Shown here: positions 24,301 to 36,126 of the stretch, piece by piece
How the letters are laid out: each line of letters starts with the position of its first letter
Numbering within the stretch: the first letter of the stretch is position 1
Assembly: GCA_028534125.1 (NCBI GenBank)
Contig: CM052818.1
Span: forward strand, 2,110,001-2,174,000
Direction: 5' to 3'
Origin: Lama glama
Lineage: Eukaryota
Length of the DNA: 64,000 nt
Notes under the pieces: model-generated
Told to the model about the DNA's origin: nothing
Databases searched by the model: none
What the model saw: the letters and a program-made list of their open reading frames with translations, nothing else
Position numbers and translations under genes: made by a program

Positions 24301-25884
24301 CAGCCCTGGGCCACAGGGGGCTCCTGCAGGCGGCCAACCTGTGTCTGGCCAACTCCTCTGCGCCTGGCAAGGTTCAGCCCAGGGAGACTGGAGGGAAGTG
24401 AGTTCCATTCTATTTCCGTCACTGGTCAGAGCTCTCCGCCAGTCCTAACCACTCTTAACGCTGTCGAGCGGAAGGATGGGACACTGTCATCTACTGGGGG
24501 TTGACCATAAAGAGGAAGTCAATCTTCCTTCTCTTTACCTGGCTGGAAGGTGCTTAGTGTCCTCTCCTTTCCAGACCCCTCCCGGCCAGCAGGTGGTCGT
24601 CCTGGGGAGGGGGCGGGACCCAGGAGGCACGGCTCCCTGGCACACGCCTGAAATCCCCACGTGGCTGGTGAATTACAGTTGGAAACGTACCACTGCTTCT
24701 CCAGTGACTCACCAGGGTGTCTCAGAAAAGGCTCATGTGTCACTCGACCAGGAAGTCCTATACTGTGTGCCCCACCTGAGGCGTGGAGGACAGAGGTTCA
24801 GAGGCGAAACTCTCCAGGGGAGAGTTATCCGGGCTGCCCAGACTGCAGCTCTGAGGACCTCTGCCTCCTGCCACCACACCCTCTCCATAAACAGAGTTTA
24901 CCTGTCCTGTTTTCGTAATTAAAGGAGCCCGGCCAGTAGTCCCTCAGGTAAAGAAAGTCTCCTTTTGAGGATGTAAACACAGAAATCAAGAGGCCTGGTT
25001 CAATTGACTTCCTCTTTATGGTCACCCCCCAATAGATGACAGTGTCCTATCCTTCCCCTCGATAGCATAAGAGTGAGGTTAGACTGCCTGGTTCATCTGC
25101 TGAGCTCTGTGTTCTGAGCTGATGTTGTCTCCTTCGAGTTCATTTTAGGCAGATGTGTCTTGGTCTTCTGTATGTTGGGGCCAGAGAGAGACGCAGGGGA
25201 TGCCTGCCTTCTGAAGAGATGCTTTGCTGACCAAAGGCTCCCCCTCAGAAGCCCAGAGACATTTCAAACAACGCGAGGGCCCTTCAATTTCATCTCTAGC
25301 TTCTCGGCATCTCCCTACTGGAAAAAGCAAACTCTGGCCATATTTCCTAGCGGTCCCAAATATTTTGTGCTTCTGTCTCTTTCCAAAGGCCAAATCCAGT
25401 TACACCAAGTGCTTGAAGCACCTCTCTGTCACACTGGATTATTTCCAAGAACCAGACTATGAGTTTAAGCAAGGTTCTCTCTGACTCAATACAAATACCA
25501 AACTCCACAGATATTTCCCGCAATGGGATGTGATGACGAGATTGATGCCCAAGGCCTCAGTGACTCAAAGGAGAAGTGGTGGAAGGTAGGGGAAGCCACC
25601 AGAGCAGATGAGAGGGCTGCAGGGTAGAGGGCAACATACACGGGACCCCACAGACAGATACATTCACCTTTTACTTTTGACTTCATTTGTTCAGTGTGCT
25701 TTTGTTGAGAATTTGTGGGTCAAACAGAATCACTGGGAATCATTGTGCAGCTTGTGTGCTGCCCAAGGCTCCTTGTCTAGGGAGCAAAAGCCCCAGACTG
25801 CAGCTCCCTGCATCCTGGCCCTGTGCTGTGTCAACCAGGAAAGGGGGGCACCTTTACCTAATTGATGCAGACACTGCACAGACT

Positions 25885-26065
25885 CACAGGAGCCCTGATG
25901 CCAAGCACTGTGGAAATAGTTTGACATCCATGATCTCATTTTGTCTCAGCAAAGGTAGATGTGATGTCCCCGTTTTAAAGGTGAGAAGATGGAAGCATAG
26001 CCAGGTTCATGTACTCGCCGACAGTCACATGGCTGATAATCAACGGCAGTCAGATTCAAACAGCA
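25885..26065 (-). mobile_element. MIR SINE
   Basis: TGCCAAGCACTGTG...TTTGACATCCATGATCTCATT...GTCCCCGTTTTAAAGGTGAGAAGATGGAAGC...AGTCACATGGCTG...GATTCAAAC. Confidence 0.7.
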
Positions 26066-26199
26066 TGGTGTCCCCAGACCCCATCTCTCATCTTGGTTTC
26101 CTCTCCATTGTCCTCTCAATGCCGACTCTGTCCTGTTCCATGGGCCATTCTAACCCACACGGCCTCAGCCCTGATCTAAGATGACTCACATACCAAGGG

Positions 26200-26390
26200 C
26201 TGGCAGCTAGGTGGAACAACCAGTCCTCACACACATTGCTGGAGGGAACGGAAACTGGGACAACGACTTTGAAAAACTATCTGTCAGTTTATTCCAAAGT
26301 TACATTTACACCTACTCTATGATTCAGCCATTCCACTCCTAGACATAAGCCCAAGGAAACAGAATAATGGGTCTGTGTAAAGATTCTCGC
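26200..26390 (+). mobile_element. Old L1M fragment (ORF2 end)
   Basis: CACATTGCTGGAGGGAACGGAAACTGGGACAACGACTTTGAAAAAC...TATGATTCAGCCATTCCACTCCTAG. Confidence 0.75.
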
Positions 26391-28038
26391 ATGAATGGGG
26401 CTGGGCTGAAAGGAAAGGGCGGGTAAGGGCAGGGGCAGGAGGGGCTGCAGAGATGGGCCCGCCCCCAGGCTGCTTCATTTCACTCCATTCCTTCTCTATC
26501 CAAGCCCAAAGCCCTTGGGGGCTCCACGCCAGCATCGTGGAGGGGGGAGGGGGAAGCCACAGGGCATCTGGGCATCACTCAGAATTCCTGCTAGTGACTG
26601 CGCCCCAACTCTGACCTTTCCATTGGGGTGGATCCGGGCCCCTGCTGGTGGAGGGGGCTGGGCTGGGTTGTGAGGGGAGGCGAGGAGAGGGAGGAGTGTC
26701 CCCAGCCCAAATGAAGAGCAAGACTTGGGCAGACAATGGAACAAAGGCCAGCTAAGAGCAGAGGTTTCAGGAGCCCACAAAGTGGGTACTAGCCAGAGGA
26801 CCGCGGCACGGCAGCCCTGTGAGTTCCCAGAGCTTCAGCTTTGGCACTTGAGATGCTTATTAAGGGCTCCAGGTGGCCAGAAGTCCCACCTGGTCTGGCT
26901 GGATTTGCCCCGTGGTTGGGTGACACCAAGCTTCTAGGCTGAAAGTCTCAGGGAGCTGCTGCTGGGTGGGGCCAGGTTAGGGCTGGCTTCCCTTCCTAGC
27001 CAGGCCACATGCCACCACCCGAACTTCTGCCTCTGTGCTGGTCACGGACAGCAGCACTAGCCTGTGCCTTGAGTCAAAAGACTGGCCTAAGGGGGCCACC
27101 AGAAACCCCTTCCCCTGCTGGCAACCAGAATCTGCAGGATCTGATCTGGCAGCCGGGGCTGACCGAGCCAAAGGACCCTCAAGAGCATCTGGATGTAGTC
27201 CCCTCCTCACCTTCCCACCTTCTGCCGTGCCTCTGTTCCCTCCTACCATTTCTGCTCCCTGCTGGGATGGAAGCGTCAAACCTTCTGCCCCAGGCTGCTA
27301 CCCTAGCCCCTGCCCTCACCCCTCCAGGACTCCAGCCTGGCTGCCCTTTATCCCCACCTTGGTAACAGCCAGGATGGAAGGCCAGGCCGTCCACAGCTCA
27401 AAGAGAAAAGACAGTGCTTCTTGGGCTGGATCCGTGCATCCTCAAAATGGTATTAGCCTCAAAGAAGAGCTCAGGGCGGGAGATCTGCAGCCACGGGGAA
27501 GGCACACTGATTCCCCACTCCTAGCCTAGTTCATTGTCAGTTTGGAGTTAAATTCCAGTCCTTTGAGGTATAAAAAGGTGTTCCAAGGTCAATCAGGAAT
27601 GCTTACTTTTTACCACCCCTCATTTCGGATGACCCAGGTCAGCACGGGATGTGGGTGGGGGCAAGGGGGCACCTGCTAATTTGTCTGTCTGCTAGGGCAG
27701 CCCAGAGGGGCGGGCCTCCTGGCTGTGGCCCAGAGACTGACCTGCCCCCACCCGACTCCAACTTGAAGCTATTCTCTGTTATTCTGTTTGAGGACTTTCA
27801 AGCCGCTCACCACTCCTCCCATGTGAAAAATGGACCATTCTTGCCTCCAGCTTGTTTTTAAAAGCAGCTCCTCTCTTTGTCCCAAATTTCTTCACTTCCA
27901 CTGCCCAGTTCAGGCCTTCATAACTTTCGATCTGGCCTCTTACAGTCCTCCCCTTGAGGACTGCCTGCCTCTCCGTCCTCACGCTGGCCTCAGTCTTCCG
28001 TCCCCACCAGCAGAGCTGCTCAGGAGAACAAACATTTA

Positions 28039-28192
28039 CTTTTATTTTTAACATTTCTTTTTATTGACTTATAGTCATTTACAATGTTGTGTCGATTTCC
28101 AATGTAGAGCACGATTTTTCAGTTATACATGAACATACATATATTCGTTGTCGCATTCTTTTTCATTGTGAGCTACCACAAGATCTTGTATA
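28039..28192 (-). mobile_element. Young 5'-truncated L1 3' end inserted in an L2 tail
   Basis: T-rich tail, then TTTTTATTGACTTATAGTCATTTACAATGTTGTGTCGATTTCC...CAGTTATACAT. Flanks are the imperfect direct repeats AGAACAAACATTTACT and AGAACGAGAATTTACT. L2 sequence (TGAATGCCCACCTACTGTGTGCCAGG) resumes after it. Confidence 0.8.
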
Positions 28193-28514
28193 TAGAAGAA
28201 CGAGAATTTACTGAATGCCCACCTACTGTGTGCCAGGGGCCACAGGAACTGGGGACAAGGAGAGGCCTGTCTTCTGGTGGAGAAGATGGACATGACCGAG
28301 TCGGTGCAGCAGAGCTGTGCGGCAGCACAGAGCCTGCCCCGGGTGCAGGCTGGGTCTCAGGGTCATGGTGCACTTCTTAGGGGTGGCGAACTGGAAGAGG
28401 GCTAGCCCCCCGCTAGGCAACAGTGGTGTTCTCAGTGGTGGAGTGGCCTGTGCAAAGGCTCAGAGGCTGGATTTCAAGGTCTTCTGTGCCCTGATCAGAC
28501 TTACTTATTGTACT

Positions 28515-28980
28515 GGTCAAGGCTGTTGAGGCCCTAAGTGACACAAAGGCCACCTCAGACTAACTTAAACAACAAAATGAACATGTTGACTTTCAACCCA
28601 AACGCAACAGATTGAAGTGGAGAAACTCGACCTAGCTACTTAAAGACAACACCAGAGACTCGGTTTCTCTCTGTCTTTGTTTTATCCTCAGGTTTACAAG
28701 GTGGCCCCCTACAGCACCTTCCAGCACCTTCCAGCTCCCCGCTCCAGGCAGCAGTGCCAGGTCCCCTAACACCAACCTGCCCAGGAGAAGACATCCTGTG
28801 CCAGTGACACACTCACCTTCACTCCCCCTCCCTCCCTTGCAGAAATATGGCAAATGTTTCCTTAAAGCTCATTGGCTATGACTGGATTAAATACGCATCT
28901 TTGAACCAATCACTGAGACTGGGAGAATATGATCTTCTCATTGGCTCAGGCCAGGTCATGTGCTCCACCCTTGAGCACAT
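28515..28980 (-). mobile_element. MLT1-type (ERVL-MaLR) LTR relic
   Basis: GACTAACTTAAACAACAAA ... CTCATTGGC...CTTTGAACCAATCACTG...ATTGGCTCAGGCCAGGTCATGTGCTCCACCC. Confidence 0.65.
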
Positions 28981-30231
28981 AGGTAGAGAGCAGGCATGAA
29001 GGACACGGGGACCAGGTGCACTGAAGATGGACCCAGGGCTGGAGACGCACTTGTCCTGTACCCTGTGGATGAGAAGGCCCCCTGGGATTTACTTCATACC
29101 AAATAACAAGTCACCTTGAAAAGAAAGACTCTGGGAGAAAATGGCGAACCCCCAACTTCTTCCGGGTTGCCCTTCTCCTGATTTACTTCTCCGTGTTGCC
29201 TAAGCTGGAACGAGGGAGCATTAGCTCTCAGCAGTGCAACTTTCATCCCTCTATGAGCGATCGTGTGAACGTATGTGTGTATGTGTGTGTGTTGGTTGTA
29301 TCATATTCCTTTGAAGTGTAGGGAGATTGGGGGATTGAAAGCCCTTCCTTCCAAACACTAACCAGTCATAGCCAAGAAAAAAAGACCACACGTACAATGT
29401 GGTGTTGACCCTGAACCCAGTGAGCGTGGCTCTGGGAGGCTGAGGCACCTCCTACAGTCCCGTAGCCGATGTGCGTGTGGAAGGGGATGGGGCTGGGACT
29501 TTGGGCAACTGTTATGCCCAGGCCAAGGCCAGCCCCTCTTCCCCAAGGAAAAGCTACAGCCCCAGGCCCTGGCATTTGCAGGGACAGACGGAAATGGGTC
29601 GGGGAATCTGGAAGGTTCTCAGGCCTCCAAGTTCACAAATCATCCTGTTTTAATGTAAATGGCAATTGCGAAGAGTACAGCCTGTTTTCCTGTGTCAGCA
29701 GCTCAGTGACTAATGCCCGAAGATAAATGGCTTTGTTTTGCCTTGTTTAGAGTGATTCTGTAACCTTTCCCTCCTTTCCGCAGAAGGGACTCCCCAGAAC
29801 TCTCCCACGTGCACCCAGGGCCCAGGAAGCCTGAGGCTCAGGGCCTCCGACTGGGTTGGGGGTCACTCCATGTGCAGTGAGAGGCAGGGCCGGGTGAGAA
29901 CCTGGGCTGAGTGGTTCTGAAGCAGACCCACCATCAGTCCTCAGCAAATGAATGTTGAGTTGCTGAGAACAAGCTCTGTCTTCCAGCCAGATTGGAGCTG
30001 GAGCGAAATCTGGGGCAAGAAGGATGAGGGGGAGAAGAGTGAGCAAGTGGAACAGGGAAGAGCTCGTGCTGTCATCTTGTCCCACGAGGATGTGACTAAG
30101 TCACCCAGACTTTTTTTTTCCCTTAGCTGGTGAAGACACTGGATTTTGAAAGAAGTGGCTGTGGATTCCAGACATAGGTGGTTGGGAATCACAGCCCTGG
30201 AACTCACTGGCTGCTGCATCTTAGACAGTAC

Positions 30232-30348
30232 TGCCCCATGTTATAGATGAGGAAACTGAGGCTTAGCCTAGCTAAGCAATTTGCCCAAAGTCACACATGT
30301 AGCTCATGGCAGCATTTGGACTTAAACCAGGACAGTCTAGCTCCAAAG
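30232..30348 (-). mobile_element. MIR SINE
   Basis: CCCATGTTATAGATGAGGAAACTGAGGCTTAG...TTGCCCAAAGTCACAC...CTTAAACCAGGACAGTCTAGCTCCAAAG. Confidence 0.8.
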
Positions 30349-30609
30349 TAAATAGTGTTGAATGAAGCAGCAATTGGGGGAATAAATCTCCCCGGGTGCC
30401 TACTGGTTTGTGAAACACCAGCTCCTCACCCTTCCAGAAATGTGTCATTGCTTTGCCACCCTGCAAGACCTGCGGTTTTTATTTCCACCCTTCTGCTTTC
30501 TGAACATACTTCCCAGTCTCCTTGTGGCTGGTGGACCGTCTGCTGTGTGTCACTTCCAGGCTAGGGCATTTCATTGTCAGTATGAAGTCCTCCCAAGCTC
30601 TTGTCCACT

Positions 30610-30802
30610 GTCATAGTGACCAGCACTGTTCCAGAGAGACTGCTTCATCAGCCTGGATCCTACATTCGGGTGATGTGGACAGGCCCCCAGCCAGCCCACA
30701 ATGGACAATGGAGCATGAGTGAGAAATAAACCTTCACTGCTTTAAACCACTGAGATTTGAGGTTTGTTACTGCAGCACAACTTATCCTATCGTGATGGAT
30801 AC
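30610..30802 (+). mobile_element. MLT1 LTR 3' part
   Basis: GAGTGAGAAATAAACCTTCACTGCTTTAAACCACTGAGATTTGAGGTTTGTTACTGCAGCA. Confidence 0.7.
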
Positions 30803-30806
30803 TCCT

Positions 30807-31368
30807 TGCTGTCTTGAGGTGGGAAGTCCCATAAAAAAGATCGGCAGGACCCCCAGGCAGGGCAACTACTCTCCTGCCAGCACCAACGGGTTCCCTGGCT
30901 CAGCAGCTCTTTCTCACTTTTTGCATCTGAAAGGCTTATTTCTAGGAAAGTGTAACTTACTCCTAAAATTCTATTGGTTCCCTGAGCTAACTCCTGATTG
31001 GTCCATTTGTAGTACTTCATTTGCATGGAGCTCACTCCTGATTGGTTATTTCTCTCACTCCTGATTGGTCCGTTTCCTTCACTCCTGATTGGTTATTTCT
31101 CTCTCTCCTGATTTGTCCATTTCTACAAAGCTTGTTTCTAATTAGTCAACTTTTGTTATACCTAATTTGCATATGATGTTGCAAAGTGTAAACTGGCAGC
31201 CCATAAAAGCCTGTGTAAACCTACAGACGGGGTCCAGAGCTTGGAGTGTTAACTCCCCTGGACCTGCTGGTGTAATAAACCTGAGTTCTCCAACTGAGAG
31301 CTGCTTGGTCTTTCGCCAGGATCCAGGTTGCTGTCACAAATGAGCTGTCACATGCTTTTCTGCAACAC
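30807..31368 (+). mobile_element. ERV solo LTR with tandem CCAAT-box repeats
   Basis: Repeated CTCCTGATTGGT units in U3, TATA-like CATAAAA at about 31202, AATAAA 31274-31279, and a CA-ending terminus. Exact ends are uncertain. Confidence 0.75.
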
Positions 31369-32559
31369 TCTGGGAGGACGAAGCAGGTGAATTCTTCTAG
31401 ATGTACACAGTAGTGATCAGCAAAGGGAAAGGACAGGGGCACATTTCCATCCACCACACCACCATGTTTCAGAGAAACCAAGGCCCTGGAGAAACAGGCT
31501 TTCAGACTACAGGGCGATCATCTGGCCCATCCGAGTTTAGGAGAGCTGGGTCAAGGAAGTCTTGCCTCACACAGACCAGATCCAGGCTGCCTGGGCCTTG
31601 TGTAAGAGGGGTCAAAATTTGGCCTTGGGAGAAGCCGGCTTGCCCCCAGGCCAAGCGCCAGCAGGGCCTCTCACAGCTGCCACTGGGCAGAGATGCAGAT
31701 GGGCACCTTGGCAGACAGGCTCAGGCACTGGTGCGCCGTCACCTGGGCGCAGGCTTACTTCCTCAGGCAGACCCTGTGGGCAGGGGACAGGGTCCTCCAC
31801 GGGCATGAGTTCTGGAACACAAACGGCAGCAGCAGGTCTGGGCTGCAGAGTGCTGGCAGGATCTCCTGGGAGTGGGCCTGACCCTGTGGGGGCGCGTGGA
31901 CTCTAACCCTTCCCTTGGGTTATCGCTTCCCCTTCTCCAGCACAAACAGAGCTCCCCCAGCCCACATTTCCAAAAGACAGAGAGGGAAAGTGGGTAGGCT
32001 TTAAAACAGCCCCTTCTGGATAAGGTGGTTCTGAAGCTGGATTTGAACTGAGAGAGATCTTGGAACCAGGTACTCAGAGGGGATCCCTATAGAAGATGGG
32101 GCAGGGGAGGGTGTAGAGAGATTTTCCCTTAAGTGACAGCTGCCTGATTATTGCGAGTGGAAGGATGCCTCAAGGCATAAGTGACCCCCAGATATCTTTC
32201 CACCACTTTCCCTTTTCCCTCCAGTCACGACCTGCTTTCATTCACTCTTCCCCTGACATCTCCCCACCCACAGTTCCCCAGAACCACCCTTACCCACACC
32301 CACCCCGGCCAAAGCTGCTTGAAAAATCTAGTCCTCCTTCCTATGGAATGCACCGAGTTCCTTCCAGAAGACCCTGGAAGGGCTGTACCATTTCCTAGAG
32401 AAGCGGTGAATTGAGAAACCCCTCTTGCCATTCCCCCAGACAAGACTGGCCATTTGGAAACTGCCTGGGAAGTTATCTTGGAAGCAAATACTGACGTCAC
32501 ATCTGACTCTATTGGATGGGCCAGCGGGAACGTATAGGGGAAGCAACCTAGTCTTTGAG

Positions 32560-32790
32560 ATCAGATGACTCTGGAGTTCATTTTCAACTCTGCCATGTGC
32601 CAGGTGTGTGAACTTGGACATGGGCTGAAATTATGTAGGCCTCTATTTCCTACCTGTCAAACGGTGACCACATGCGTCCCCACGTTACGAGAGCGCTCAT
32701 GTAAGGATACCATGAGGGTGAAAGAGGACACAGCCCTCAGCACAGGATCTGCCACGGAGCACATATAAGCGATTCATAAATGGTATTTAG
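32560..32790 (+). mobile_element. MIR SINE
   Basis: CAACTCTGCCATGTGCCAGGTGTGTGAACTTGGACA...GCCTCTATTTCCTACCTGTCAAACGG...AGCACAGGATCTGCCAC. Confidence 0.65.
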
Positions 32791-33870
32791 GACGAGTGTG
32801 CTACACTGAAGGGGTGAGAATCAGAGAGGCTCTGGCAGCCTCATCAAGCAGTCAGTGAATTTGTTCAGCTTACAAAGGCAGGAAGAGGTGTCAGCAGGAC
32901 CACAGGAGCCTGGTCGGTGGCAACACCCACGACCTGGTACCCAGCTGCCAGTGCCCACCCATGGGGAGAAGGCTTCGGGGTCAGAGTCGTCCCAGCCAGC
33001 AGCTCTGGAGCCAGCCCAGCACAACCTCGGGCAAACATCTGCAACACAGTTGTGCAGGGTCCAGAACAGCTCAGAAACCTGCCCTGGGGAAATCTCTTCC
33101 TTTGCTTTACCCACGTCCGTCTCTGCCAGTGCCTTTTGTTTCTGCTACTGCACTGTTGTGTTGCCTTCTCTCACCTCCAAGCTGCTTGTGGGTATTTTGG
33201 GAGAAGTTGTTGGGCTTCCCTGGCCTGGCTGCGGGGGTGGGAGCAGGGGCTGTAGGGATGGCCAGGTCCTATCAAGAGCCCAGAGAGACCTGGGAAGGCA
33301 CAGGATAAACCCAAAAGAAGATGTGGCTTTTAGGGCTGCTTGAAGATAGGCCCCTGCTTCCCTTACGACTGCTGCCCGGAGGGGAGTTTTACCCTAACAT
33401 GTGTCACCACGTGTCAGTCGTTTAGTCGTTCAGTCTAATTTATATATGAATCATTAATATGGGACTTTCAAGACAAGAGGCCAAACCTCCTGCCTCCTTC
33501 TCAACATACAGGAATGATGGCTGTGTTTGTTCATCTAGAGTATATGTAGGTAACTATGTTAACGGGAATAAAGAAAGGAAGGTCTTCACAGGCAAATGAT
33601 GGGGAAGGAAAGCAAAGTGGTGAACAGGGGCTGGAACGCAGCCAAGAACTGGGAACAGGGACGTGTCCCTGGGGATAGGGTTGCTATGCCAGGACCGGGC
33701 TCCTCTGTGAAGTTGGGGAGCCATGAACATACTGCCCACCCACCAAGGGAGGCAGATGGACACTGCTCAGCCTGGGACAGGTGTCTAGAAACACACTGTC
33801 TGTTCAAAGCCAGAGATAGAGATGTAACCCAGGAGCAAAACTGAGTCCCAACCCTGTTCCCTGTGTAGGT

Positions 33871-33914
33871 ATGAAGTTCAGTTTCAGGTGCACAGCAAAG
33901 TGATTTGGAGATTT

Positions 33915-33972
<58 letters not shown>

Positions 33973-34012
33973 TCGATTCTTTTCCAGTATATGTTACTAT
34001 AAGATATTGAAG
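33871..34012 (-). mobile_element. L1 3' UTR fragment containing an expanded microsatellite
   Basis: AGTTTCAGGTGCACAGCAAAGTGATT...ATTCTTTTCCAGTATATGTTACTATAAGATATTGAA is a cetartiodactyl-type L1 3' UTR. Confidence 0.75.
33915..33972. repeat. Compound microsatellite (TA)3(CA)17(GA)9
   Basis: Read directly from the sequence. Confidence 0.95.
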
Positions 34013-34149
34013 TTTTGAAGTTCAGAACTACTCCATCCTTATGGAGAAGACCCCCAGGCAAAGTTGTTCACAACTCTGAATTCCCTGGTTCAGAGCTGGG
34101 GCTGAGGTAACACAAAGTCACCTGGTGGGGAAGGAGGGCATTTGGAAAA

Positions 34150-35520
34150 ACACTCCCATATAATATGAACCCTCAAAAAAAAAATTATTCACTGAAAGAA
34201 GCAGAATGAGTAATATTCAAATATGTAGAGAATACAATGAGCAAAAGATTGATTCAACACAAAGTGGGAATGGTGGGGAAGTAAAGAAGCAAAGATAAAT
34301 CGTGATAAATAGAAATAAAAATGATATTGCAGAAGAAATTTAAATATATTGATACTTAGAGTAAATGAACCTGAATGGGTTAAACTTTTATTAAAAGACA
34401 AAATATCACAAAGTTCTTTCCCTTTAATTCATACATATGCTATTTATGAAAAAACCATCTAAGATTGAGACAGAAGGGTTGGAAATGAAGATTTGAAAAA
34501 CATATATGCACACACACATGTCAAATGCTATACAAAAGGGGATGGGTAAAAATGTTAATTAAATAGAAGGAAACATTAATTTTATGGAAATGAAAAAGAA
34601 CATTTCTGAACACTTCCTAGTCTTAAAAAGAATTACCCATTAAAATTATGTGACAGTAATGTCTTGTATACAACACAGACCCAAAATATTGTTAATATTG
34701 TAAGAAGCTGAGAAATCCACAATCAGAATAGGCCACTTTCTCAGAAATGATCATACAGTCAAACATTACCAAGATTATAAAAGACTTGAGTAACAAAAGT
34801 ATAGAAGATTTGATATAATAGAGCCATGTAGCACTTTGCACCCAATACATAGAAAACACACATATCTTTGAAGTACACATGGATCACTTGTGATAGCTGA
34901 TCTGAAATGCATGTTAAAACTAGTCTCACCAAATTCCAAAGACTCAGTATGACAGAGACCGCCGGTTCTGACTGCCACATGATAAAACTCAAACCATTAA
35001 GAAAAGGCACCCCAAAAGCCCACATAGTTAGAAACAAACAAGCAAAACAGTCCCACTGCCAAATAATTTATAGGTTAAAGAGGAATTCATAATAGAAATT
35101 AAGAACATCTCAGAACTGAACAATAATGAGAGCATAGCATATCAAAATTTGTGATGCTGTCCCTAGAGGGAAATGTCTAGATCCATTTACATTTATTAGA
35201 AATCAAGGAAGGTTTAAGATAAATAGACAGAGGAGCCACATCAAGAAGTTGAAAATAGATACATGTATGTATATACCTGACCGGGACATTGTGCTGTACA
35301 CCAGAAATTGACACATTGTAACTGACTGTACTTCAAAAAAAATTATTTTAAGTTGAAAATAGGATAATGGGGCAAAACAAAAGGAAGGGAAAAAAAGAGT
35401 AATAAAGGTGAAAGCCAAAATTAATAAAATAAAAATAAATAACAAAACACAGAAAGGACCGATGAAATAAAATGTGGGGGAAAAAAAACCTCTAGCAAGA
35501 CAGAAAAAAAATGTATTGTA
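34150..35520 (+). mobile_element. Degraded ancient L1 (ORF2 endonuclease region)
   Basis: A-rich sequence. GAACTGAACAATAATGAGAGCATAGCATATCAAAATTTGTGA is a decayed equivalent of L1 ORF2 NEN..YQNLW. No intact frame. Confidence 0.7.
35259..35349 (+). mobile_element. Young ~90-bp L1 3' end with 13-bp target-site duplication
   Basis: ATTGTGCTGTACACCAGAAATTGACACATTGTAACTGACTGTACTTCAAAAAAAA, flanked by AAGTTGAAAATAG at 35246-35258 and 35350-35362. Confidence 0.9.
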
Positions 35521-35619
35521 ATATTAATAATATTGTTTCTATATTGCAAAGTTGTTATAATCAAGCAAACATAAGTACAGATTCAGTAGAGTTATTTGGG
35601 GGCTTTCAGTAGCTACTTC

Positions 35620-36126
35620 TGTATTAATCATGTTTTTTTTCTTTTCTATATTTCCTGATGCTTTGATATCTGGGAACGTGCTGACCCCAGAGAGGCTGCC
35701 CCTCACAATTCCTAGATATAGTAAAGGACTCATCTGCAGGCACCCTTCATATGCAAACCGACTAATCCAGAACCCACTTTTCATCTACTTCCTTTATTCA
35801 CCTGCCCTAATCACCCCAGGACAGGCACAGACAGCAAGGGGCAGCCTTTATGCCAGAGCCCACTGAAATTGTTCAGACTAGCCAATCCTAAGCCTTCTTA
35901 CTCTACCTTGCCCATTCTCTTAGAAACCACAGGAAAGTTTCTTGCCCATCCTTTCCCCCTCACCCCTTCTGCCTCCTGACTGACCCTGGTGCCTCCCCAT
36001 GTGGCCCTGCTGGTGGCATGCTCCCTTCTCTTGGGAACTGAAACAAACTTCCCTTTCGATGGCAATCATCTCCTGACCTGTTGGCCTTACCATACCTGAA
36101 TAACAATAAGACTTACATTTTAAACA
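35620..36126 (+). mobile_element. MER74-like ERVL solo LTR
   Basis: Begins TGTATTAATCATGTTTTT, contains GCTGACCCCAGAGAGGCTGCCCCTC and TTCATATGCAAACC, and ends CTTACATTTTAAACA. Confidence 0.8.
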
